Part shown: one piece after another, positions 10,501 through 20,769 of the stretch
Position numbering within the stretch: position 1 is the stretch's first letter
Layout of the letters: every line of letters starts with the position of its first letter
Assembly (NCBI GenBank): GCA_000165345.1
Contig: CM000429.1
Coordinates: 96,001 to 160,000, forward strand
Direction: 5' to 3'
Length of the DNA stretch: 64,000 bases
The notes under the pieces: model-generated
What the model was told of the DNA's origin: nothing
Databases searched by the model: none
What the model saw: the letters and a program-made list of their open reading frames with translations, nothing else
Made by a program: the position numbers and the translations under genes

Positions 10501-11305
10501 TTATTTTTTATTAATAACACGATCTTTTGTTTCAGTCAAAGTTGGATAATTATCAGTGAAACACTGAGTATAGCACTTAATCAAGTCATGGTCTTTATTT
10601 AAACTATTTAGAAGATCCTTAGGTTTCTGTTTGTATATAAATTATTTATAAAATAAGGAGAAGAAATTTTAACAAAAAAAAAATTGTCATTTTGTTGCAA
10701 GTAGATATAAAGTTAAGTAAATTTTGCCTTAATAATTATTAGCTTACCTTAAATAGATTTTCGAATTTATTGAAACACAGTTGGTGGCAATTCATCACAT
10801 TTTCGTTAATAATATTTAATTCTTGATTAACTTTATTTTGAAAGGTTTCAAGAGGATCTTGACATTTCTGCATTATAATGGAAAACCAAACAAAGAAAGA
10901 AAATCCAATATAAAAAAAGTATAATCATTTTTATTAAATTTTGCTATTATCATTAGTTTATTAACATACCTTTAGACAATCTTGAATATTTTCTAATGAT
11001 TTTTTTTTGTCTGAATTTTTTAAGTATTTTGAAATACAATTTGAAGAGCATTCAAAAGCTTTTTTCTGGTCATTTAGAGTAGAGAATGTGATCTAATTAA
11101 AAAAAAAGTTTTGCAATTTTATACGTAACAATCAGCATTCAATGGCATGAATTATAGATTAAGTATTAAATCAAGTATTATTAAAACTAGTTTTGGAAAG
11201 GGGAGGAATGAAACATACATCATCAACTTGATCTTCAAATTTTTTTCTGAAATCTCCAATATATTCCTCAATTTTATTTACTAAGTCAATTGTAAAATTT
11301 GACAT
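10501..11305 (-). CDS. FAM136A/DUF842-like protein with four CX3C motifs (151 aa), four exons: join(11305..11219, 11092..10970, 10867..10748, 10626..10501)
   Basis: No track ORF. Exons end in GAT|GTATGT, AAG|GTATGT and AAG|GTAAGC. Acceptors are ttaattAG, ataatgcAG and acaaacAG. Spliced protein MSNFTIDLVNKIEEYIGDFRKKFEDQVDD-ITFSTLNDQKKAFECSSNCISKYLKNSDKKKSLENIQDCLK-KCQDPLETFQNKVNQELNIINENVMNCHQLCFNKFENLFK-KPKDLLNSLNKDHDLIKCYTQCFTDNYPTLTETKDRVINKK. The four CX3C motifs align with human FAM136A (FRCSASCC, QCIERCHVPL, RCTMHC, SCVTKCVDD). 456 nt = 152 codons. Confidence 0.6.
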
Positions 11306-11787
11306 TCTTAAAATTTTCTTTTGTGGCTTATTGTCAAAATTACTTTTTTAGTTACTTGGCCGGGTGAAAATAAAAATTAATGTGGGGGGCTGTTTACAAT
11401 GGGGGAGAGCGCGTTGGAAAAGTTTCAAAAGGTATTAAGCTACAAAGGCAACAAAAAACTATTAGCTTTTTAATAAGCTTATCTTATTTTGGTATTAAAA
11501 AAACTAAAATTTTCATTCTAATTCAATTTATGAGAAGAAACTAAACTCTTAAGTAAAATTTTGAATTTATTCTTCTTTTTCTTTTAATCGTAATAATAAA
11601 TAAAACAAATATTGAAATAATTTCCTTTTATTTCTCTCATCTAATTATTTTATTTATTAAAAGAAATAATTTGTCCACATGAAATTGCATGTAATTTTTT
11701 ATCATCAAAAACATTAGCACACATTCCTATACCGGCATTAATAAAATAAAGAAATTGCATGTGGGGGAAAAAAAATAATCATAAATA

Positions 11788-13128
11788 ATGAATATTTCAT
11801 CATTTAGAATAAAAAGAAGGAAAAAAAGTGAGGATGACGATGATGAGAAAAAAGATAGTTCAAGCTATGAGGAATTACTGGAAGTTATTGCACCAATAAA
11901 CAAATTTAAGAGTAAGCCAGCATTAGGAGTAACTACATTTTCAAGACAAATGTGGTGCGAAAAAAGCTTAGAAATTTGTCTCGAAAATAATATTAAAATT
12001 ACAAGTAAAGCTATTGAAGAAGGTATTAAACACCATGAAGAATTAGAGCTAGAAGATCACCAAGTTCTCAGTGTAATGGTAGAGAATGAATACGAGAAAA
12101 TGGCAATTGAAATTTTAAGTATAGTAAATCTATTGGATGGGTTAATTGAAAGAGGATATATTCGTGAGCTTCCAATAATTGGATTTTACAAAGGAATAAT
12201 GTTAAGGGGAATAATTGATTCATTACAATTAAAACCAAAATTAAATGGAATTGGAGAAACTAATAATGTAAAATATTCATCAAATAACATCAACAAGTTT
12301 ATTATTTTGATATCAGATACAAAAACTAGAAGAAATACAACTCTTCCAAGTAATGTTCAGCAAAAGACTACAGTTCTACAGCTTGGATTGTATAGAAAGA
12401 TATTGGGTGAAATGATTAATTTTGGAAAAATCTGGAAATCTTGCCATCCTAATTTAATTGATTCCAATGCAATTAAAAAATATTTGAATTCTTCTTCAAC
12501 CATAGATTTGTCAAACTGTTGCTCTGGTTGCAGTTTCCTAAATAATATTTTCGAGTTTCATGGATTAGACCCATTAATTTCTTTTTCAATATTTCAAGAA
12601 TTGGAAGATGCAAAAAGAAAGCAATCTTGTAAAGAAAAAAATGATATTTGTGATACAAATCAAGACCAAATTCAAACCGAAACACATTCTGAGACAGAAT
12701 CTGTAGTTGATACTGACGGGAAAAGCGTCCTAAAAGAGTTTGAAAACGCCCTTGAAATTGGTTTTAACATGTTACTTTGCTTCTCAAAACTTCCAGATAT
12801 TCAGTCAGAAATGAAAGTTGAATACGATTGCCAAGGTAAAACTTTCGCTACAAAATGGTATAAGTCTTCAGAACAGACTATTGAGCTTGAACTAGATTAC
12901 TTATTGGGTTGGTGGCTTGGTGCTAGAGAAGCTGAATTTGTTAGAATCTCAGAGGCATGGAAATGTAAGTTTTGTAATGTAATTGAATATTGCCAAGTAT
13001 GTCCTCTTTCAAAAGAAGAAAAAGAGAAATGTATTGAAAAAATACGTCAAGACGAACTAGAGTCATTACTAATTAAAGATTTGGAAGAATCATCTAATGA
13101 GCATATTTTAACATTAAATTGTTCATAA
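11788..13128 (+). CDS. EXO5: Exonuclease V (Exo5/DEM1 family; PD-(D/E)XK nuclease with Cas4-like 4Fe-4S cysteines), 446 aa
   Basis: N-terminal VTTFSRQMWCEKSLEI (the WCE motif of Exo5). C-terminal C-x2-C-x5-C (CKFCNVIEYC) plus the N-terminal Cys gives the one-plus-three cysteine FeS pattern of Exo5/Cas4/AddB nucleases. Basic KRRKK N-terminal tail. Confidence 0.65.
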   Translation: MNISSFRIKRRKKSEDDDDEKKDSSSYEELLEVIAPINKFKSKPALGVTTFSRQMWCEKSLEICLENNIKITSKAIEEGIKHHEELELEDHQVLSVMVENEYEKMAIEILSIVNLLDGLIERGYIRELPIIGFYKGIMLRGIIDSLQLKPKLNGIGETNNVKYSSNNINKFIILISDTKTRRNTTLPSNVQQKTTVLQLGLYRKILGEMINFGKIWKSCHPNLIDSNAIKKYLNSSSTIDLSNCCSGCSFLNNIFEFHGLDPLISFSIFQELEDAKRKQSCKEKNDICDTNQDQIQTETHSETESVVDTDGKSVLKEFENALEIGFNMLLCFSKLPDIQSEMKVEYDCQGKTFATKWYKSSEQTIELELDYLLGWWLGAREAEFVRISEAWKCKFCNVIEYCQVCPLSKEEKEKCIEKIRQDELESLLIKDLEESSNEHILTLNCS

Positions 13129-13436
13129 CTATTTTAAATTTTATTATATGGTCATTAATCAAAAATATGAGATTCAAGTTAAAATATTTTTTTCATATTT
13201 TCTTATATTCATTTTAAACTTAAATAAAGAAATTACTTTTTTTAACAATTCAAATTTAATTTATTGTTAAATACGTGTGAAGCTTAAATAGTACCATAAT
13301 AACTATTAACAAATAATATTTACCTAACACACACTATAAAAGACCCCAAAAAAAAAAAAATTAATGAACAAATAAATGAAATTACTCATCTAAATAATTT
13401 TTAAAAAATAATAAAATTTCATAATTTTGATATATA

Positions 13437-15221
13437 ATGCCATCAAGCTCAGCTTTATCCACTAAATGCTGTAAAATTATTGATGAATATGAAACTAAGC
13501 TAAACAAAGAGCTTGGAAATGCATGCAGGGAGGGGGCAGTAAGCGCGCCAGAGTTAAAAAAGTACAATAACTTAAGAAAAGGAAGTCTTCTGGGAACAAA
13601 TTTGGTAAATAGTGTTATAGCATCTGAAAGTCCATTTAGAAGAGATTCGAGCTTATTGTGGTTATCATATGATCCATCTAATGAAAGACAAAGTGAGATA
13701 AATAAGATGATTAAAAATGAAGATGGAACAGCAGTTCCAGATATGTGCGATAAATACGTGTTGGTAGATACTTATACAAGTATTTTAGCTTCAAATAGAC
13801 AGCAGGCTTGCTATATTTCACTATTATCTCCTCTTCCTCAGGATACTGTAGTTGGTATAAAATTTGGAGATCACTTGTGTCAAGGAAGAATTAACGATAC
13901 AATGATTGAATATATATCTCCATCTCTTCCTGTTGGACGTCAATATGCAAGACTATATTTAAATAGTGTGAAGATGGGAGTAAAGTTTGGGAATGGGAAT
14001 ACAATGTCAGAAGCAAGAAGTTATTTACCTTTTGATGTAATAGTTCAAGAACCAAAATCGCGAAGATTGAATATTAAAAAGCATAAGACCTCAATACCTG
14101 TTGGAGTTATGGGGCCAGCCCCATTACCAGAAGTTGATATAGAAGATGAAGTTGAGGAGCTATTAATAATGCATAAGCCAAGAGGAAATGCTTCTATAAT
14201 TTCAAGAAGGCATGCTTTAGATAAATATTTCAAAGGCACGCATTCAAAAGTAGTTAATGCTCCAAGACGTGAAACTGGTGACTTAAATAACTTAGACCCA
14301 TCATTCAAGGCTGCAGTTAATAGAGATTTTTTGAGAAGACTCTCAAATATTACTTTAGAACCAGATTGTAGAAGAACTATTAATTTATTAAATGAATTTA
14401 TATCTAAGTTAGACCCAGGTGCAACAAATAATTTAATACCTTTTAATGTTAAATTAGAGTATTGGAACAGAGTTTTATCCGATGGATGCCAAGAGATTAT
14501 TGATAATTATCATAGTTATATTACACAAGAATCATCCAATGAGAAATCTGTTTATATATTTACTAAAACTTCTCCTGATTCACTTGAACCATACAATGTA
14601 TTTATGTTTTCTTGTATTATGGATGAGGAAAATAACAATTGTGTACCATTATTGAGAAGATTCACATGTAGCCCAGAAAATTGTGGAGATGTAAGGCTTT
14701 GGATATGTATTGGAGATTGCTATCTTGCAAAGAACGAAGTTGCAAATAATTATCGAAAGATTGATTTGCCTTGCCCAATTCCTCCAATAATGAAGTCAAA
14801 AAAATCTGCTCATATTTGGAGTAGAGCAAAAAATAAGTCTAATACAAACTCAACATTTTCATCAAGGAAGTTTGGTATTGGTAATTTTGTGTCAACACGA
14901 GGAGTTGGAGGAGGGTTACTAGGAGCTGCTGGTGTTGGTGCAGGCGGTATCGGAGCAGGAATTGGTGCTGATGAAGATTTTAATGCTGAAAACGAAAACT
15001 CTTCTGAAAAAGAAAGGTGCATTCAAATTTCGAATGATGTTTTTTTATTTTTTGAGATGTGGCCTTCAAAACTTCTTCCAAATGCTGGTAATACTACAGA
15101 GTCATATTCATTTATCTTATGTATTAAAAATCATCAATATCACTCAATAACTGGTATTTCAAAGCCAGTACTTAACTTTATTCTTCAAAAATGGCTCACA
15201 AAAGTCCCCATTAACTCTTGA
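13437..15221 (+). CDS. hypothetical protein (594 aa) with a Gly-rich segment near the C-terminus
   Basis: ATG at 13437. Continuous 594-codon ORF. No recognisable domain. GVGGGLLGAAGVGAGGIGAGIGAD glycine tract. Confidence 0.5.
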   Translation: MPSSSALSTKCCKIIDEYETKLNKELGNACREGAVSAPELKKYNNLRKGSLLGTNLVNSVIASESPFRRDSSLLWLSYDPSNERQSEINKMIKNEDGTAVPDMCDKYVLVDTYTSILASNRQQACYISLLSPLPQDTVVGIKFGDHLCQGRINDTMIEYISPSLPVGRQYARLYLNSVKMGVKFGNGNTMSEARSYLPFDVIVQEPKSRRLNIKKHKTSIPVGVMGPAPLPEVDIEDEVEELLIMHKPRGNASIISRRHALDKYFKGTHSKVVNAPRRETGDLNNLDPSFKAAVNRDFLRRLSNITLEPDCRRTINLLNEFISKLDPGATNNLIPFNVKLEYWNRVLSDGCQEIIDNYHSYITQESSNEKSVYIFTKTSPDSLEPYNVFMFSCIMDEENNNCVPLLRRFTCSPENCGDVRLWICIGDCYLAKNEVANNYRKIDLPCPIPPIMKSKKSAHIWSRAKNKSNTNSTFSSRKFGIGNFVSTRGVGGGLLGAAGVGAGGIGAGIGADEDFNAENENSSEKERCIQISNDVFLFFEMWPSKLLPNAGNTTESYSFILCIKNHQYHSITGISKPVLNFILQKWLTKVPINS

Positions 15222-15465
15222 AATAGATCTTTTTTAAACCTAGTACATTAATCATCTATAATATCTCATCTATTCTTACCTGAATAAACTTATATATTCT
15301 TCGTTTAACTTGAAAATCCCCATTATTCAGGTCAAAGAAAAACTGAATAGATTAAAAACTGAAATTAGAAAAAACTATAGAAAAAAAATAATGCAGACAT
15401 GTCATAAATAATTTATTTAAAATAAACTATAACTAGTATTCTCTCCCTTAATAATGCATGCAAAT

Positions 15466-15540
15466 ATTACGTGGCCAAATTAATCTTTAATAATTACATG
15501 TGGAAAGCGTGCATATACTATGCAATACCGGCATTACATG
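15466..15540. promoter_or_regulatory. promoter-like motif cluster (GCATGCA ... ATACCGGCATTACATG ... TTGCCGCG) inside a 3'-3' convergent gap
   Basis: taatGCATGCAaatattacgtgg ... caATACCGGCATTacatgtaaatg ... tttgccgcg. The flanking genes (13437..15221 on + and 16051..16548 on -) both end here, so there is no obvious promoter target. Confidence 0.35.
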
Positions 15541-16050
15541 TAAATGATTAAAAACTTTGCCGCGTATACAAATATCAGCTGTCATAAAGATTTAAAAAAA
15601 AAGAAACTGCATACACGATAACTGGAGTATTATTTGTTTTGAATCATTTATATAAATCTTTGTGACTTCTCAAGTGTAATTGTGGAAAGAGATAATAACC
15701 AAGTAAAAATGATCATCAAAAACCTTATTCATTAGTTTACAATGCTTTGAGTAGGAATAAAATATGGATTGTCCGTTCTTCAATCACTTTATATTTGTTA
15801 ATAGGTTCATAAGGCTATAAGAGTAGAAATAGTAATATGTACAATTGTCTCAGATGGATACATAGAAGTTACCATTTCAATTCAAGTAAACACCAAAAAC
15901 AGAAAAAAAAAATGAGAAAGACGAATTCTCTCCATATCACTATAAACTCAAATGAACAATTTTACTAAAATATGTTTATTGCCCAATTATAATTCCCAAC
16001 CTTGAACTTTTTAATAGTCACAAAAAAAAAAGAAATATTTAGTAACTGAT

Positions 16051-16548
16051 TTAAATGTATGATGCACATAATTGGCCAGTTGGCTTTGTAGTACCCATAA
16101 TGATACCAATAATGACACCATAAATGGCCAAAGCTTCACCGAAAACCAAAATCAAAATCATACCAGTAAGAAGTCTTGGTTGTTGAGCAGCAGCTCTAAC
16201 ACCAGCATCACCGACAATACCAATAGCAAGACCGGCAGCTAAACTACTGAGACCAATAACCAAACCAGCGCTCATTTGAGCATAAGCAGTGTAAGCAGAG
16301 TACAAATTTGGTTCTCCCATCTGGAAGAAAATGACCAAAGAACCAATCAAACCATAAATACCCAAAATACCTGCCATAACAGCTGGAATAATTGATCTCA
16401 TAATTAAATCTGGTCTCATTACGGCCATAGATGAAATACCAACACCTGATTTAGCAATTCCATAAGCTGCTCCTAAGTTTGCAAAAATCAAGCATCCTGC
16501 AATTCCCAGAAATCCAAAAAATAAACTGTTTGGGTCACAAGTGATCAT
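16051..16548 (-). CDS. VHA-c: V-type H+-ATPase 16 kDa proteolipid subunit c (165 aa)
   Basis: Four transmembrane helices. Signature GAAYGIAKSGVGI...MRPDLIMRSIIPAVMAGILGIYGL...IVGDAGVRAAAQQPRLLTGMILILVFGEALAIYGVI with the conserved proton-binding Glu in TM4. Confidence 0.9.
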   Translation of the reverse strand: MITCDPNSLFFGFLGIAGCLIFANLGAAYGIAKSGVGISSMAVMRPDLIMRSIIPAVMAGILGIYGLIGSLVIFFQMGEPNLYSAYTAYAQMSAGLVIGLSSLAAGLAIGIVGDAGVRAAAQQPRLLTGMILILVFGEALAIYGVIIGIIMGTTKPTGQLCASYI

Positions 16549-17180
16549 CTTTTATCTACCAATATACAGCTAATTGCCTTTCAGCGATTATTGTTTAATT
16601 ATATAACAAAGTTCTTGTACTTACGATTCTTAATAGAAAAAAAAATTTCTATATTGAACCAAGCTTGCCTAATATTAGTTAGAATTTGTCTCTTGGGGGT
16701 ACATTATTGGATAAATCTTACCGCCACAATTTGGCGGTAATGATTCAATTATTCCTCAAAGTTGCTCAAATTACTTATTAAATATTCCTTAAAATGAACT
16801 AAAATTGTGTCCCAGATTAATTATTTTTTACTGAAAAATCAAATTTATTTTATTCACAAAGGTCGATATTTTTTAATTATTTTTTTGTTTTTAATTTATC
16901 AAAATTCATATTTTATTCTTTGTTTTTTATGCTGATATTTATATATATTTCATCTTCTTAAAGTCTACTCACAATTTTCTCTACAATTTTAAACTAGTCG
17001 TATGATCATAAATCTTCTATTCTTTTGAATCATTTGAATCATTTCGAGAAGTTTTTCGTTCTATATGAAATTCTATTGCTAATAACTTTGGCGCCAGACA
17101 TACGGCGCCTCAATAATAACATTGAAATACGATAAATAACGCTGCATTTTGATTAGGAAGTTACGAATTAATAAATAAAG

Positions 17181-17420
17181 ATGTTTTTGAGGTTTTACAA
17201 GAACGAGAAAGGAGAGAGAGTTTATACATTATCGGTAAGTTTTTGATTTTTTTTTCTATTATGAATGCTTAATGATATTGAAAATTAATAGGCAGTGAAT
17301 AAGGAGGGTGAAATCACATTTTCAGCTCATCCTGCAAGATTTTCTCCTGATGACATTTATTCATCTCAGAGAATTGCATGCAAAAAGAGGTTTGGACTAT
17401 TACCAACTCAGCGTCAATAA
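17181..17420 (+). CDS. NOP10: H/ACA snoRNP protein NOP10 (60 aa), two exons: join(17181..17234, 17292..17420)
   Basis: No track [21 protein letters not shown] | GTAAGT ... ttaatAG | [42 protein letters not shown]. Matches the NOP10 consensus (YTLK....[29 protein letters not shown]). Intron 57 nt. 183 nt = 61 codons. Confidence 0.8.
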
Positions 17421-17878
17421 AATGGGTGAAGCTTTTGCAAATAGAGAGTTTAGGTTAAAGTGAATACATTCCTATATAATGATCGGGAATATTTCATTGT
17501 TATAACGGTATTCATCGATTCTAACAGGATACTTTATAAACAATACATAGGAATATCACTGGAAAAAAAATAATATTTAATAAATTGAATAATTTCCTAA
17601 TATAGATAAAAATAATTAATCTAATTATTATTATTCTTATTATCATCTATCCATTCTGTCTAATTTTTGTATGAATTCCTTATATTTAAATGAAATCACA
17701 ATATATTGAATAATCAAACTTATTCTTATGTTCTTGAAAGTATATTATACCTTTATAATAATTATAAAAATAATACAATAATAACAATAATAATAATAAT
17801 AATAATAATATTGATATTAATATTAATAGTGATTATAAACACTAATAGTAATAACAGTAAGATTAGTTATATTAATCA

Positions 17879-18376
17879 TTACTTAATAGGTACACAAAGA
17901 TTATTCGCAGAAGGGCTGGAAATGAGTACCAATGAAACAATAATACCATAAATTGCAAGTGCTTCACCAAAGATAAGTATAAGCATTGAAGCAACAAATA
18001 ACTTAGATTGTTGAGCAGTACCACGAATTCCTGCATCACCTGCAACACCTATAGTAAAACCACTAGCAGCACAACTGAAACCAGAGATTAATCCAGCAGC
18101 AAGATGACAATATCCCTGATATAATGAATAGTCTGTCCTTATTTGAGAACAAATAATGACTCCCACAATTAAACCATAAACTCCTAAAATACCTGCCATA
18201 ACAGCTGGAATAATTGATCTCATTACTAAATCTGGTCTCATTACACCACATGATGCAATTGCTAATCCTGCTTTAGCTGTACCATAAGCTGCTCCAAAGT
18301 TTGATAAAGCTGTAGCCAAAGTTGAACCAAGCATTCCAAATAAAGTTGCTGTTGGTGTACAAAATGGAGGTGCCAT
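17879..18376 (-). CDS. second V-ATPase proteolipid c-type paralog (165 aa)
   Basis: MAPPFCTPTATLFGMLGSTLATALSNFGAAYGTAKAGLAIA...MRPDLVMRSIIPAVMAGILGVYGLIVGVII...IGVAGDAGIRGTAQQSKLFVASMLILIFGEALAIYGIIV. Same fold and orientation as 16051..16548, roughly half the residues identical. Confidence 0.85.
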   Translation of the reverse strand: MAPPFCTPTATLFGMLGSTLATALSNFGAAYGTAKAGLAIASCGVMRPDLVMRSIIPAVMAGILGVYGLIVGVIICSQIRTDYSLYQGYCHLAAGLISGFSCAASGFTIGVAGDAGIRGTAQQSKLFVASMLILIFGEALAIYGIIVSLVLISSPSANNLCVPIK

Positions 18377-19404
18377 CTTTATCTAATTTTCTTATCTCTG
18401 TTTTCAATAATATAACAATTGGTAGATATTCTCTATTATTTGTTCAAGATTCCGTAAATTTCCGAATTTTGTCTAATAAACTTTTATTAGTCTAATCTTC
18501 TTTAATCGATCTTCTAATTGGAATCTTTTTCAAATCTTATTACTATTATTATTTTCTTTCAGTTTTTCCTTTCCCTCGTAATTGATATTTTTCTCTTAAT
18601 TATTTAATTCTCAATATTCACCAAACCTACCCATTTTACCGCCATGAGACAATTTCCTTCCCGCCTATTTCTTATTGCTTTATATTAATTTTTTGGTTAA
18701 GAAAATTTCTGTCATCCACTCTCTTTTCAAATTTGAATTAATAAAATGGATTAATATTGTGTTTTTATAGCTTAGTATCAGCTTTATAAGTTTTCAAAAA
18801 AAACAATTGAACGAAAAAGCATAAATATTGTTAATTGCGCATTGAATGTTCACTATTTTTGTTTTTTTTTCTCTTGAACTTTATACATTCTTTTTTCTTG
18901 ATTAACTTATTAATTTTTATATAAATTTTGGGAAAAATTACAATATATGAGTTACAGACAATTTCACGATTGGTTGATATCTGAATAGTTTTTTTTTTTT
19001 TTTGCCTTTTCTTTTTGATTTTTTTTCATTAATTCCTTTATTTCTCACATTTCAAATACTTCTGCGAAATACGGTCATATTGTTTTGCTCTTCATATCGA
19101 TATTTGCATGATTATCTTTTAACATTCATTCTTTTTCCTAATTTAAAATAAATAATTTATGTGGATGCATGCCATTAATATATTCAGTTAAAAACGATGA
19201 CGTAATACATGCAGAAAATGATTAAACAAATTATTGTCATGCAATTTGTATACCGGTCTGCAAACATTACATGCAAATTACACGTAATAAGTAATGTAGT
19301 AAATGTTGAGAAAAGAAAATATATTAAACAAGTAAAACAAAAAAACAAAGTTATCATACAAAATGTATTATATATAAATACATAAATATATATTTTAAAT
19401 CTAA

Positions 19405-20094
19405 CTACCTGGTCATTTCAGCTGCAAGCATTGAATGATTTTCCGTCCATGCTTCTTCTGTCTGAACTTTTTTTAACCTAAAAAAAAAGAATTATGAGTA
19501 ATAAGTATATAAAATTAATATAATTATGGCAACAATTATTAGATAAATTTGGAAAGGAAGAATATCTCCAAATAATTAAGAGAATTCTCATTCATTTGTG
19601 ATGATGATTATTATTATTCCCTTTAAATTCATATAATAGCCATAATTTAATTTAATAATATAAAACTTACATTCTTTTATGGTCCTTACTTTTATTATGA
19701 GACATTAAAGATGGAGAATCAATAAAATATCTTGCACATGTAATACAATAAAACTGGCCTAAAGTTTATTATGATTAATTATATTAAATTTCATTATTTT
19801 GTTTAATCCATTATAACGTACCATTTCCTGGCAAATCTAGATCCACTGGTAAATTTACACCTTTTATATAATCATTTTGAACTAAATATCAAGAAATAAT
19901 GAAAAAATAATAAGGGAAAAAAAAAGGAGGAAAATTGGAAAATAATTTAATAATCTGCTTTACCCCCTTTTTTCTTTCTATTAAAACTTACCAGTCTCAA
20001 AATCCTTCGTTCTTCTTTTAGTCTTCACATACTTTCCTACAGCTCTATTTTTTGCTCTTCCTGCTTTTCTAGATTTTCTTTGACCAAGCCCCAT
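19405..20094 (-). CDS. BUD20: Bud20 / ZNF593-type C2H2 zinc-finger protein (60S subunit export/biogenesis factor), 107 aa, four exons: join(20094..19992, 19881..19822, 19758..19671, 19477..19405)
   Basis: No track ORF. MGLGQRKSRKAGRAKNRAVGKYVKTKRRTKDFET-V-QNDYIKGVNLPVDLDLPGN-G-QFYCITCARYFIDSPSLMSHNKSKDHKR-M-LKKVQTEEAWTENHSMLAAEMTR*. Compare yeast Bud20 (RYSVKRYKTKRRTRDLD...LPGLGQHYCIHCAKYMET...HLKGKVHKRRVKEL) and human ZNF593 (HKKRLKQL...QEEAERAAGMG). Donors GTAAGT, GTACGT, GTAAGT. 324 nt = 108 codons. Confidence 0.7.
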
Positions 20095-20330
20095 TGAGTT
20101 TTTGAAATAACAACTAGAAATTTAAAAAAAAAAAAAAAAAACTTTTTTCTTATTATTATCTGAAAATTGTCCTCTAAATAATTATTCTAATATTACCAAA
20201 CTCTCTTCACCTTTAATCCTCTTTTATTCTTATCCACTTAATATGGAAATATACCGATAATCATTAAAGATAAGATGAAATCTCTATTTCATCTTTATTT
20301 TATAAATACCATTTTGTAAAGTCTGACATT

Positions 20331-20350
20331 GGCGCCAAAGTTTTGGCGCC
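20331..20350. promoter_or_regulatory. tandem E2F-like GGCGCC boxes in the divergent promoter between Bud20 (-) and the giant gene (+)
   Basis: attGGCGCCaaagttttGGCGCCcgtt. Confidence 0.5.
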
Positions 20351-20769
20351 CGTTACTGTAATTTAATTTTTTAATAATAAATTGTGTGGAATAAAGAAAA
20401 ATTCATTATTGGTTGATTAATATATGAAGAAAAGGATCCAAAAAGGATTCACCAATTATTAAAAAGTTGTGATTTATATCTATGCTTCTTTTATAAGAGT
20501 TTTATCAATTATTTAAACTTTTTAAGAACTGTTTTTATCATTTAATAAGTAATTTATTATAAAAAGAGTTTGCTGAAGAAATTATTTAAAGCTTCTTATA
20601 TTATAGAGTTGAAAGAAATACCAATAAATAATTATTAATTTGTGGCCTTTTATGATTCTGAAATGCAAGAATATCAATTATATTCAAGTAATTAAAGCAT
20701 TATTTAAAGTCAATGCACTTTTAGTGTAATTGGTTGAATGAATATATATTTGGAAAAGCAATCAGAAAA

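Noticed and set aside
12473-12685. Antisense small ORFs inside confirmed genes (12473..12685, 14045..14308, 14810..15022, 23931..24269, 53845..54030, 58023..58271 and others)
   Set aside because: Each is 60-110 codons, lies opposite or offset to a long well-supported CDS, and is AT-rich codon noise. No independent support.
17790-17815. (AAT)n / (ATA)n microsatellites at 17790-17815 and 22735-22775 as possible regulatory or mobile repeats
   Set aside because: They are simple AT-rich triplet slippage. The second encodes poly-Asn inside the giant gene. The first is 3' flank or UTR of the V-ATPase paralog.
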